A stretch of DNA of 64,000 nucleotides, taken from the NCBI GenBank assembly GCA_965214705.1, contig CBDCCI010000002.1:64001-128000 (forward strand). Direction: 5' to 3'. This document shows, piece by piece, positions 30,773-43,795 of this stretch. The notes below the pieces were generated by a model. It saw only the letters and a list, made by a program, of their open reading frames with translations, ran no database searches and had not been told where the DNA came from. The stretch is from Alphaproteobacteria bacterium (GTDB lineage Bacteria > Pseudomonadota > Alphaproteobacteria > UBA828). Numbering within the stretch: the stretch's first letter is position 1; every line of letters starts with the position of its first letter. The translations under genes were made by a program, and so were the position numbers.

Positions 30773-30890
30773 AGCGATGAAGTCGGCGAACAAGGGGCCG
30801 CGAGGTCCGGCGGAGCCGATGAAGCGAAGGGCCGGAACCGAGAGGAATCCGCGACGCGAAAGCACGCGCCGGACGCAGAGCCGGGAAAGC

Positions 30891-32216
30891 GTGTCCCAGG
30901 CCGCCGAGCGGATACGGCAAACTGCAACGAGGAAGCCGCGGGAGAAGCTGACGGCGCTCTTGCATCATGTCACGCCGGACGCGCTGCGCTGGGCCTTCCA
31001 CGCGCTGAAGCGGGACGCCGCAGCGGGGGTAGACGGCATGACATGGGCTCAGTACGCGGAGGGGCTGGAAGAGCGGCTGCTCGACCTTCACCGTCGCGTA
31101 CAGACCGGAGCGTATCGGGCGCCGCCGGTCCGGCGGGTAGAGATACCCAAGCCAGACGGCGGGACACGACCGCTCGGCGTCGCCGCGCTAGAGGACAAGA
31201 TCGTCCAGAAGGCGGTGACGGAGATTATCCTGACGCCAATTTACGAGCCGGCCTTCCTCGGGTTCAGCTATGGGTTCCGTCCGGGGCGTGGGGCGCACGA
31301 CGCGCTCGATGCTCTGGCGTACGGGATCGACCGACGCCGGGTCAACTGGATCGTTGACGCCGACATCCGTGGGTTCTTCGATAACCTGGACAGGAACTGG
31401 ACGCTCCGGTTCTTGGGCCATCGCATCGGGGATCGGCGGGCACTCCGGCTGATCGCCAAGTGGCTCAACGCGGGCGTCATCGAAGAGGGCGCATGGTCAG
31501 ACACGCTGGTGGGCACCCCGCAAGGGGCGGTGGCTTCGCCGATTCTCGCGAACGTCTACCTCCACTATGTGCTCGACCTGTGGTTCCAGAAATGGCGTTC
31601 GCGGACGGCCTGCGGCGACACGATCATCGTGCGTTACGCCGATGATTTTGTGGTCGGTTTCGAGCACAAGAGCGACGCGGAACGGTTCCTGCGCGACTTG
31701 AAGGCGAGGCTGGCTTTGTTCTCGCTCGACCTCCACCCGGACAAGACGCGGCTCATCGAGTTTGGCCAGCGGGCGATCGCACGCCGGCGGGCGCGAGGCG
31801 AGCGGCGTCCCGAAACGTTCGACTTCCTCGGGTTCACGCATTACTGCCGGACCACGAGGACCGGACGTCCCGGTCTGGGCCGGAAACCGATGCGAAGCCG
31901 GGTCAACCGAACCCTCAAGCGCATCAAGGCCGAACTGCGCCGAAGGATGCACCATGACCGGTACGAGGTTGCAAAATGGCTTGGGAGGGTCGTGGACGGA
32001 TGGCTTCGATACTATGCCGTCCCAACCAGCTTCCCGTACCTCAAGCAGTTCACGTTCCGGCTCGTGCGGCTATGGCGTCGCGTGCTGCGGCGCCGATCCC
32101 AAAAGGACCGCTTCACGCTGGCCAAGGTCGGCGCCCTGGCGCGGGCCTTTTGGCCGCCACTGAGCATCCGCCACCCTTGGCCAAACCAGCGATTTGCCGT
32201 CAACCACTCAAGGTAG
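30891..32216 (+). CDS. ltrA: Group II intron reverse transcriptase/maturase (outer, class E-like)
   Basis: LTALLHHV, AAAGVDG, EDKIVQ, GTPQG, RYADD, ETFDFLGFTH, IRHPWP. Confidence 0.95.
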   Translation: MSQAAERIRQTATRKPREKLTALLHHVTPDALRWAFHALKRDAAAGVDGMTWAQYAEGLEERLLDLHRRVQTGAYRAPPVRRVEIPKPDGGTRPLGVAALEDKIVQKAVTEIILTPIYEPAFLGFSYGFRPGRGAHDALDALAYGIDRRRVNWIVDADIRGFFDNLDRNWTLRFLGHRIGDRRALRLIAKWLNAGVIEEGAWSDTLVGTPQGAVASPILANVYLHYVLDLWFQKWRSRTACGDTIIVRYADDFVVGFEHKSDAERFLRDLKARLALFSLDLHPDKTRLIEFGQRAIARRRARGERRPETFDFLGFTHYCRTTRTGRPGLGRKPMRSRVNRTLKRIKAELRRRMHHDRYEVAKWLGRVVDGWLRYYAVPTSFPYLKQFTFRLVRLWRRVLRRRSQKDRFTLAKVGALARAFWPPLSIRHPWPNQRFAVNHSR

Positions 32217-32351
32217 GAGCCTCGTGCCCTAACGGGCCTGCGGGGATCTGTGCGGGGGGCGCTGGGTAACCGGCGTTCCTACCGCAAAACAGCAGCGTCA
32301 ATCAGGATGAGACGGGGGAGATCGGCGGCCAGGAATGTAGGGAGGGCGTAG

Positions 32352-34801
<2,450 letters not shown>

Positions 34802-35046
34802 GCCGGCCACCACTGCCCCACTCGCGGCCCGCGAGAGATCGACCCCCGCGGGCCGCCTCCTCTCCGCGTCAATCTGGCTGCTCGAAGAAACTGTCGCGCC
34901 GCGACAATCAAAATCCAAAAAGAGCTTGCAATCCCCGCCTCACAGCGGAATCCTCAACGCGCCGTCGCCGCCAGGAATCTCATCCTGATAGCCGCGCGGA
35001 TCTCATGCAGATTGTCGCGCCATACACGAACAGAGTTCTTTTTTTG

Positions 35047-36712
35047 GTAACTGCCCAGGTTGTCTGATTTGTCATTTTGGACCAGTGAGTTGAGGTGCGG
35101 TTCGCTCGGAATTGACGCGAAGGGCTTGACGGGAGTTTCGGAAAATGAATCAACAACGACATGACCAATCCCGAGTCGCCGCGCGGCCCTTCGACGGGGG
35201 CACAGCCCGAAAGTTCCGAGCAGAAGATCGCTCGCCTGGAGGAGGAGAACGCCTGGCTTCGGCAGCAGATTGCGCGGCTGGAGGAACAAGACACGCGTCT
35301 TGTCGAGCGTATCGAGGAGTTGGAACGCCGTCTCGGACTGAGCAGTCGCAACAGCGCCAGGCCGCCGTCGAGCGATGGGTTGAAGAAGCCGAGGGCCAAG
35401 CGGCGAACCCAAAGCCAGCGGGGCAAATCGGGGCGCAAGCCGGGCGGTCAGCCCGGCCACAAGGGCGAGACGTTGCGCCGCACGGATCACCCGGACCGGG
35501 TGGAGAACCACGTTCCGGCTGCCTGCGAGGGATGCGGTTCGTCCCTGTCGGCGGCGGCCACGGCAGGGGTGTCGCACGCCCGCCAGGTCTTCGACCTGCC
35601 CGAGGCGCATGCGCTGGAGGTGACCGAGCACCGGGCGCATGCCAAGTGCTGCGGGCATTGCGGCACGCTGACCCGTGCAGCGTTCCCCGAGGGGGTGTCG
35701 GCGCCGGTGCAGTACGGGTCGCGCATTGCCGGCGTGGCGGTCTACCTTCAGCACGCCCACTTCCTGCCGGAGGACCGGCTGTCGCAGGTGATGGCCGAGC
35801 TGTTCGGCGCGCCGGTGACGGCTGCGACACTGGCGGCGATGAGCGACAGGGCGGCCGATCGGCTGCGGGGAGTTGCCACCCACATACAGGAGCTTGCGGC
35901 GGGCACGGCGCGGGTGAAGCACCTCGACGAGACCGGGTTCCGGATTGGCGGGCAGACGCAGTGGCTCCATGTGATCTGCACGCCGCATCTGGCGGCATTC
36001 CGGGTCAGCGCCAGGCGCGGCGACCTGCTCTCGGGTGTTTCCGGCATCGTCGTTCACGATCACTGGAAGCCGTACTTCACGTTGGAGGGGGTGGAGCACG
36101 GCTTGTGCAACGCCCACCACCTGCGGGAGTTGCAGGCGCTGGTGGACATCGAAGGGGAAGGCTGGGCCGGACGCATGCAGCAGCTCCTGCGCCGGGCCAA
36201 TCGCGCCGCCCGGATCGCGCAGGACAAGGATATCGCCGTTCCGGCGAGGCTTGTGGCGCTGATCGAGCGCCGCTACGACGAGATCATTGCCGAGGCGCTG
36301 GCCTTCCACGAGAGCCAGCCGCCGCTCTCGCCTCCCAAGCCCGGAAAGCGAGGACGCAGGAAGCGGCGGATCGGCCACAACCTCGCCCTGCGCCTGCGCG
36401 ATCGAAAATGCGCGGTTCTCCGCTTCCTGACCGACCCCGAAGTGGCGTTCACCAACAACGAGGCCGAGCGCGACCTGCGGATGATGAAGCTGCGCCAGAA
36501 GATCTCCGGCGGCTTCCGATCCGCAAAGGGGGCCGAGAACTTCGCCATCCTGCGCAGCGTGATCACCACCGCCAGAAAGCAGGGCTGGAACATCATCGAA
36601 GCCCTGATGAGCCCATCGGATCGGCTCATCGCCACCGTCAAGTGCGCGTGAGCCTACCGGGCAAGAACTCCCCAACACCGGAATCACCTCAGTAAGCGAC
36701 CTGGGCAGTTAC
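35047..36712 (+). mobile_element. IS66-family element, single-ORF (ISBst12-like)
   Basis: Perfect IR GTAACTGCCCAGGT; 8-bp TSD TTTTTTTG at 35039-35046 and 36713-36720. Confidence 0.95.
35161..36651 (+). CDS. IS66-family transposase
   Basis: PPSSDG, GGQPGHKG, DETGFR, CNAHHLREL, FTNNEAERDLR, QKISGGFRS. Confidence 0.95.
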   Translation: MTNPESPRGPSTGAQPESSEQKIARLEEENAWLRQQIARLEEQDTRLVERIEELERRLGLSSRNSARPPSSDGLKKPRAKRRTQSQRGKSGRKPGGQPGHKGETLRRTDHPDRVENHVPAACEGCGSSLSAAATAGVSHARQVFDLPEAHALEVTEHRAHAKCCGHCGTLTRAAFPEGVSAPVQYGSRIAGVAVYLQHAHFLPEDRLSQVMAELFGAPVTAATLAAMSDRAADRLRGVATHIQELAAGTARVKHLDETGFRIGGQTQWLHVICTPHLAAFRVSARRGDLLSGVSGIVVHDHWKPYFTLEGVEHGLCNAHHLRELQALVDIEGEGWAGRMQQLLRRANRAARIAQDKDIAVPARLVALIERRYDEIIAEALAFHESQPPLSPPKPGKRGRRKRRIGHNLALRLRDRKCAVLRFLTDPEVAFTNNEAERDLRMMKLRQKISGGFRSAKGAENFAILRSVITTARKQGWNIIEALMSPSDRLIATVKCA

Positions 36713-37387
36713 TTTTTTTGAAGCTCAGACCCTCGCGCCTCAGGAAGCGCCAGATCGTGTCCCGGCTCACCGCGATCCCGGCAGCGGCCAGCAGCTCCCG
36801 AAGCCGGTCGATGGTCAGATGCGGCGTCTCAGCGACCAGCCTGTGAGCTAGTTCCCGATGCGGCTCCAGGAGCCAGGGGCGGTGACCGCCGATCCTGCCC
36901 GGCGCCACACTCCCCGTCGCCCGGTAGCGCGCGACCCACTTCGGCACCGATGGGACGCTGACGCCGAAGCGCGCCGCCACCTGGCGGATCGGCTCGCCCG
37001 CCAGATGGGCCCGCACCACGCGCTCGCGAAGATCACTCGAATAGGGTTGTGTCATCCATGCTGGCCTCCTTCACCAGTAGCCAGCTTGAATCACATTCCC
37101 TAACTAATCGGAATTCCTAACGATTCTCTCGATGACGGATAGGCTCTAAGTCTTACTATCGCCGCGGTTGCCATGAGATAACGCATGCTGGATCGATTCC
37201 TTCTCGTGTGGAAGTTTTCCGAACATCGCGCTCACCAGTGTTCTCAGATTGGAATCATGCCGCTTACTAACTGCTTACGAAATTCTTCAGGAAATTTATA
37301 CCTGATTATCCGTGACACGCTGCCCGAAAAGCCGCGTTTTTTTCCATATATTTATATATTGATATATTCAATATATAAATATATGGA

Positions 37388-37791
37388 CGTAGCGGTCAAA
37401 ATGCGAATTCCGGCCGCATTTGACGGCGATTCTGGCGTGATTTGACGGTCCGGGTTCGGTTTGCCGCCAGTCCGTAGGACCGTCGACCTGGCGGGCATTC
37501 TCGGCCACGCCAGCGCGCCGATTCTCTCTCGGCACTGCCTCATCGGTCGATCGACCGAGGCGAGGAGGCGGGGGCTCGATGAAGAGGATCGGCATGAACG
37601 ACATCAGACATTCTTCGGCAGCATCACGGGCTCGGCCTGACGCGCGACGGGATCGCGGCGGCGACCGGGGTGAGCGCGGGGACGGTGTCGCATGTTCTGG
37701 AGCGCGCGTCCGCGGTGGGTCTGTCTTGGCCGTTGCCGGCCAATCTCGACGACGATGCGCTTCGGGCGCGGCTCTACCCGCCTAGCGAGCG
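37388..37791 (+). pseudogene. IS21 left end plus frameshifted istA 5' fragment
   Basis: Repeated ATTTGACGG units; MKRIGMNDIR / GVSAGTVSHVLERASAVGLSWPLP. Confidence 0.65.
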
Positions 37792-39027
37792 CGACAGCCC
37801 AAGCCCGCGCCGCCTGTGTCTCGACTCCGCGTCTCGTCGAGCCGGACGAAGGGCTCGAACACCCGCTCCATATCGGCGTCGGGAATACCCGGTCCGTCGT
37901 CCTCGATGACGACGTGCAAACGTCCGTCATCGGCAGCGATCTGCGCCGTTGCACGGACGCCATGGGTGCCCGCGTTCTCCAGAGGGTTGCGGAATGCACG
38001 GCGCAATGCCACAGGCCGGCAGGAGACCAGCACCCGGCCGAAGTCCAGCACTGTGAGTTCATGGCCCAGATCCGAGAGGTCGGCGGTCAAGCTGTCGATC
38101 AACGCATGGAGGTCGACTGTCCGAGTCTCTTCCCGCTGCGCGTCCTCCCTGATGAACGCGAGGGTGTCCTCCGTCATCCGCTGCATCTCGGCCAGCGCGG
38201 CCAGGAGCTTCGTCCTGGAATTCTCGTCCTCGACCAACTCGGCCTGAAGGCGAAGGCTCGTGATCGGGGTCCGCGGATCGTGCGATACCGCCGCCAGCAT
38301 GGCCGTACGGTCGCGCACGTAGCGTTCGAGCCGCCCGTGCATGAGGTTGAAGGCACGTGCAGAACTCTGGAGTTCCAGGGGGCCGGTCTCCGGCAGGTCG
38401 TCCACCTCCTCGCCCCGGCCGAGCCGATCCTCGGCCGCTGCAAGGCTCTTCAGGGGTTTGGGAGATCCACAGTCCCATCAGAACGGCCACACCGGCCACA
38501 GCGAGCGCGGACAGCAGGAACAAGAGCACGAACGTCAAGCCCCAGGGCGGCACGACCGGCGGCCTCTCCGTGACGTTCAGCCAGTGACCGCCTCCTATGG
38601 ACATGGATGCCGCGAACCAGTGGACCCCACCGTCATCGTGGTCGTCTTCGTGCAGTTGGGTGTGCTGCAGCGGGGCCACATTGACCCGACCCGGCCCGAC
38701 TCCGAGCGCAACGGACAGATCACGTGCGAAGGCATCGGCCCCGTCTCCGCCTTCCGTCCGGCCAACGAGAGGCTCCCGGCTCAGCGTGAACCGCGCCTCA
38801 TCGGTGCTCGCCGTCGCGACGATAGCGCTGTGAAGCGCGGGCGGTGTGTCCCGGAGCAGCCGCACGACGGTGCCGGCCCGCAAAGCGACATTGTCCAGAT
38901 GAGCGTCATGCACCGCCTCACTGCGCTCGGCCGCGAAGAGAGCGATGGCGATGCCCTGAGCGATGACGAGGGCCAGCAGCAACAGCAGCGCGAACTGGCC
39001 CGCGAGGCTCCTGGGCACGAGCCTCAT
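37792..39027 (-). pseudogene. Sensor histidine kinase, frameshifted and 3'-truncated
   Basis: Transmembrane segments in one frame; SHDPRTPITSL, DDGPGI, EPFVRL, GGAGLG in another. Confidence 0.85.
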
Positions 39028-39742
39028 TGGCGCTCAACGTTGCCCGCGAACCGGTAGCCGCCGCCCCAAACGGTGGCAATGAGTTTCGGATTCGCCGGAT
39101 CCCGCTCCAGCTTTCGGCGCAGACGGCAAACCTGGTTGTCGATGGCGCGGTCGAACCGCCCCGCGTGCCGACCCCGCGTCAGATCGAGAAGCTGATCCCG
39201 CGAGAGCACTATCCCGGGTCGCTCAAGCAAAGCTTCGAGAAGCAGAAACTCGCCCGTCGACAACGGCGTCACCACGCCGGCCTCGTCCACCAGCTCGCGC
39301 CCGCCCGTGTCCAGCTACCAGCGATCGAACCGGTATGACCCCACCGCACGTGACTCCCCGCCGGGCAGCAGGCTTTGGGAGCGCCGGATCACCGCCTTGA
39401 TGCGCGCCAGCAGTTCGCGGGGATTGAACGGCTTGCTCACATAGTCGTCGGCCCCAACTTCCAGGCCCACAATCTTGTCCGTGACCTCCGTCATTTCGGT
39501 CAGCAGGATGACCGAGAGCCGGGTCGTTGCCCGCAAGTGCCGGCAAACTCAAGGCCGTCCTCGCCCGGCATCATGATAGCGAGCACGACCAAGTCGACCG
39601 CGGCCACCTCGAGTGCCCGTCGCGCGGCGGCACTGCTGTCGGCGACGGTGACACGTACCTCGTGCGTTTCGAGATACCGCGCCAGCGGTTTGCGGATATC
39701 CCGTTCATCGTTAGCCGCAAGGACGTGCGGCGACTCCTGCAT
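39024..39742 (-). pseudogene. OmpR-family response regulator, frameshifted
   Basis: Three frames: receiver domain, GADDYVSKPFNPREL, RLRRKLE..TVWGGGY. Confidence 0.85.
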
Positions 39743-40795
39743 GCGCTACAGCTTACGATGCAGTTCACCGGAGGCAGAAGTTGTACAAGGTGTGTCACAT
39801 CGCCTCCTTGCGACGGACCGCGACACACCGGGATTGTCGGCGGCAAGGTTTTGCGACATTCCTGTTCTATCGACTGCTCCTCCGACCACATCCAACGAAG
39901 GAGTGGGCCGATGAGAGCGACAATGGCGACATTGATCGGCATCGCCATCGCTATGACGATCGGCGTCAACGCACTCGTAATGACGAGCTACTCCGGCCAG
40001 CGCAATGGCGACAACGACGATCATGCTGCGCTGGCCATGGGTGCGGCAGACGCCGTGGCCGAGCCCGCCCAAGCGGGGAGTAGCCAAGACAATACCGCGC
40101 GTATCGGGCTCCCCTCTACCGGCTTCGGGCGCTGACTGGTCGTGTAGACCTCGCCGTTTCGGTACGCGAACGCCAATCCGTACCGGAACGGCGAGAATCA
40201 CCCATAGTTCCAGGCATCGCACTCGAGCGCCGCTTTGTCTCTGCATCCGCTAGTGGCATCGCCAGGCCGTTCGATCGCCACGTCCGAGCAAGGCAGGTCT
40301 CTCGGTCGGGAAAGCCAGTGGCAAGTATTCGAGGAAGGGGGGGAGTACACCGACTACACTGACGGCGGCACGCTCACGGTCGCGGATGCGATCGAGGCCG
40401 CCGACCTCGAGACCGGACGCGAGAGTGATTGATGCTGTCCGACGAGCTGCGCAACGCCTTCCAACAGGTCCGCTACGAGATCGCCGGCGGGACTTGCACG
40501 CCGGACATAATGGTTGATCTTCTGCGACTGAATTGAGGATATCGCCAAGCGCATCGAAGACTACGAGCGCTCGGCCGGCCCCGGCTCTCGCCTCGACCCG
40601 GACCGGCTGCCCGAAGGCGTGGTCGCCCTCCATCCGGAGCCGCCGGCATAACGCTCCCGCCCGGCAAGCACCCACCCACGTTGACGCCGGACCTCCTCTA
40701 CAAGCACGACGTCCGACGTCGATGAGTGCCGGCGGACGGACTATGAGGGCGACACCTTGACGATCCGCGCGGCACACTCGCATTCATTGTCCGCG

Positions 40796-40933
40796 ATGGC
40801 CCTGTTGGTAATCTCCGCTGCACTCGGCCTGAGCGCCTGCGGCGACGGCGGTCAGTCCGGACCGGCGCCACAGACAGGGGGATCGGCAGCGTTCAACTGG
40901 ACGCACGAGGCGGTGCCGGGTGCACATCACTAA
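40796..40933 (+). pseudogene. Truncated lipoprotein N-terminus
   Basis: MALLVISAALGLSACGDGG lipobox, stop after 45 codons. Confidence 0.4.
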
Positions 40934-41149
40934 CGTATTTTATACATCCGATTCTTGCGATTCCATCAGGATATGGATTGCGAAAACTATGCGGTATAAA
41001 TTTTCCCGTTCCCGTCATTTATCTTTCCCGCTGTGCTTTGCCAGACACTACGCTTAGCATACAACTTCCCACATACAGAAAGCCAGCCTTTCAACCCCGT
41101 GACAGTCAGCATCAATTTCAAGAACTTTCGCAAAGCCTGTGATGTGTTT

Positions 41150-41430
41150 ACGGATTGCTCGCAATCGCCCTCAACCCATGTACGGCCGCTGACTGGCGCA
41201 TCCGTATAGTTGTCATTCCAGCAGTCTTCCACCAACTCCCCTACATTACCCAGTATATCAAATAGACCGAATCTGTTCGGCAAATGGGTTCCTACAGGGG
41301 ATGTGAATATATAGCCGTCGTCACATTTGTGGGATGGGTCCGTCCATTCTGGGTATTCCTTCCCAAAGGAAACGCTTGCAACATTCGCGTAACGACAGGC
41401 CTCTGACGCGTTGTCGCCCCAGTAGCGCGA
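41150..41430 (-). pseudogene. Formylglycine-generating-enzyme (SUMF1)-like domain fragment
   Basis: YWGD, TSPVG..PNRFGLFDILGNVGELVEDCW. Confidence 0.75.
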
Positions 41431-42067
41431 AGTGTTCGCACCCGGGGCTCGGTGAGCCGCATCGAGAAGACGTACTTCACGCGCTTGCGAAAGGTGTCGT
41501 ACGAGATGCGGCCGAAGCCGCGCTCGCCCCACCGTCGGCCCCACGAATTCATGACGGCGAAGTACTGGCCGCGCTCCGAGTAGCCGACGACGGTGACCGC
41601 ATGACCTCCTTCGTCGTCCGCTTTCGGCCAACCCGCCCGCCAGACCTTGCTTCCTCTCAATCGATGGAAGTCCCGGTTGGGCAACGTGCTTATCACCGCC
41701 GGATGGCCGTCCGCCAACTCACCCTTAACTTGATCCAGACGATCGGTGTCGACGAACAGCCACTCTGCGATTCTGAACTTCGAGGCGCGCGCAGCCATTC
41801 CGGCGCTCGGCCGCCGGGGGAAATCGGCCGCTGAGATCGACGGAGGGTGGCAGATAGGCGCGAAACAGCGGCGTGCGCGGTATGTCTGTTGGCGATCACG
41901 CAAAAGCGCGCGTATTCGCTCATTTTGACAGCCTGATGTGGTGGAGCGTTGATCGGCGTGGCGCCGATCTGCAGTGCTGAGCGCGGTCCGGCTTGTGGTG
42001 TTGGTCGTCGTGATCGCGGTGGTGCGAGAGCGGCCCTGCAGGTTTGGCTGAGGGACCCTGTTGTTTT

Positions 42068-42988
42068 TCAGTCGATGAGCCGATCGTCGGTCTCGAGCAT
42101 ATTGCCTTCGAGGTCACGCCTGCGCATGTCGTTCCAGTCGTCACCGTCGAGGGCGGGCCGCACGCGGACGACCCTGCTGTCGCTTCGGAACAGCCGCTCG
42201 GCGGCGTCATCGCCGCCAGGGGTAGCGTCGTAGGCACAGAAGATGCGGCGGGGGTTCCAGTCCTCGATCCACGCGGGGAGGCTTGGAGTGACGGCGGCGA
42301 TGGAGACCACGGCACATTCCCTGAGTTCGGCGGGCATGAGCTGGAGGGAGAGGGCGGACAGGGCGTCGATGGCGCTCTTTGCGATGAGCACGGAGTGCGG
42401 CCAGTCGAGCTCCCACGATATCCAGAAGCCCCCGCGGGCGAGCGGGGATGGGGCAGCTTCGCCGGCGCCGGCAGCCGCTCCGCACCGGCCGCCGGTGGGG
42501 ACGATCTCGGCGCCGGTCGCGACCCCTGCGGCGTCTCGACAGACGAACACGGCATTGGCGTTGCGGTCGGCGTGGACCAGGCGGAGGTCGCGGCACAGGG
42601 TGAGGAGCACGGGCGAGAGACCGCGCTCGTCGACGAGGTGGCGTTCCACTGCGGGCCAGTGCCGCTCCTGCGGATGCGGCAGCCGTGGGCAGGGGCACTG
42701 CGGGGGGCGCCGGGAAAGGCCCGGCAGTTTCGCGAGGAAGGCCAGGGCGTCGGGCACGGTGCAGCGTTGGGCATGGACCACCAGGTCGACGGCCCCGGCG
42801 CCGCCCTCGCCGCGCAGATGGTCGTAGAACATGAAGCGGTTGATGGTGACGACCGATCCAAGACGCCTCCAGCGATCGGCGTCGTCGGGATCGCGGCGGT
42901 AGCCGAGGGCGCGGGCGACGTCTTCGAGGGGACAGCCGCGCAGCCCCTCTGCCCGCAGCCGCCGCTCCCATGGGCGTAGCTGGCGCAC
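42068..42988 (-). CDS. DUF3991/TOPRIM primase-like protein
   Basis: [53 protein letters not shown]; starts 12 bp after the istB stop. Confidence 0.75.
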   Translation of the reverse strand: MRQLRPWERRLRAEGLRGCPLEDVARALGYRRDPDDADRWRRLGSVVTINRFMFYDHLRGEGGAGAVDLVVHAQRCTVPDALAFLAKLPGLSRRPPQCPCPRLPHPQERHWPAVERHLVDERGLSPVLLTLCRDLRLVHADRNANAVFVCRDAAGVATGAEIVPTGGRCGAAAGAGEAAPSPLARGGFWISWELDWPHSVLIAKSAIDALSALSLQLMPAELRECAVVSIAAVTPSLPAWIEDWNPRRIFCAYDATPGGDDAAERLFRSDSRVVRVRPALDGDDWNDMRRRDLEGNMLETDDRLID

Positions 42989-43000
42989 GGCTGCGCCGCC

Positions 43001-43795
43001 TCAGTCGTCCCCGGTGTCCTGCGGGTCGCCGGATCGCCGGCGCCCTTTCTCCTGGCGCCGGCGGCGGCGCTCTGTGCTGCGCTGCTTCTGGCGCTCCTCG
43101 GCCTCCTTGCGGCGGTATGAATCGCCGTCGATGGCGATGATCTCGGCGTTGTGGACGAGGCGGTCGACCAGGGCCACGACGCAGGCGGCGTTGGGGAAGG
43201 CCTCGCCCCACTCGGCGAACGGCCGGTTGGTCGTGATAATCGTGGAGTTCTGCTGGGTGCGGCTTGAGACGATGCTGAACAGCAGGTCGGCGTGGCGGTT
43301 GCTGTAGGAGAGGTATCCCACCTCGTCGATCACCAGCAGTTGCTGGCGGGCGTAGAAGCGCAGCTTTCGCTGGAGCAGGGTGTCGGAGTCGATGGCGGCG
43401 AGCTCGCCGAGCATGCTGGCAGCGGTGGCGAAGCGCACGGTATGGCCCTCGAGGACGGCGCGGTGGGCGATATTGGCGGCGATCGTCGATTTGCCGACGC
43501 CGTTGGGGCCGACCAGGACGACGTTGGCGGCCTCCTTGAGGAAGTCGAGGCCCATGAGGTCCTCGACGGCCATGCGGTCGCAGCGGCGGGGCCAGTCCCA
43601 GTTGAAGTCGGCGAGCGGCTTGAAGTCACCGAGCCGGGCATCGGCGAGGCGGCGCTTGAGGCTTCGGGCGCGTCTCTCGTCTTCTTCCCAGGCGATGAGC
43701 GTGGTCAGCCAGTCGCACTCGCCGACCTCGTCCCAGTGTGCGATGAGGCCGTGCAGGCCGAGGGCACGGGCCCGGTCCTTGAGGGTGTCGGTCAT
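43001..43795 (-). CDS. istB: IstB ATPase
   Basis: [22 protein letters not shown]; ATGA overlap with istA. Confidence 0.95.
   Translation of the reverse strand: MTDTLKDRARALGLHGLIAHWDEVGECDWLTTLIAWEEDERRARSLKRRLADARLGDFKPLADFNWDWPRRCDRMAVEDLMGLDFLKEAANVVLVGPNGVGKSTIAANIAHRAVLEGHTVRFATAASMLGELAAIDSDTLLQRKLRFYARQQLLVIDEVGYLSYSNRHADLLFSIVSSRTQQNSTIITTNRPFAEWGEAFPNAACVVALVDRLVHNAEIIAIDGDSYRRKEAEERQKQRSTERRRRRQEKGRRRSGDPQDTGDD

Larger units (their letters stand above)
28354..32288 (+). mobile_element. Outer group II intron (class E-like), split by the inner intron
   Basis: 5' GAGCG; EBS1 CTCATC at 28538-28543 complements exon GATGAG; DV/DVI at 32216-32288; 3' end uncertain by 1-2 nt. Confidence 0.85.

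Noticed and set aside
29368-32216. Two adjacent RTs as a retron, DGR or RT defence system
   Set aside because: Both have maturase regions and are followed by DV/DVI with EBS-IBS matches; no template/variable repeat pair was seen
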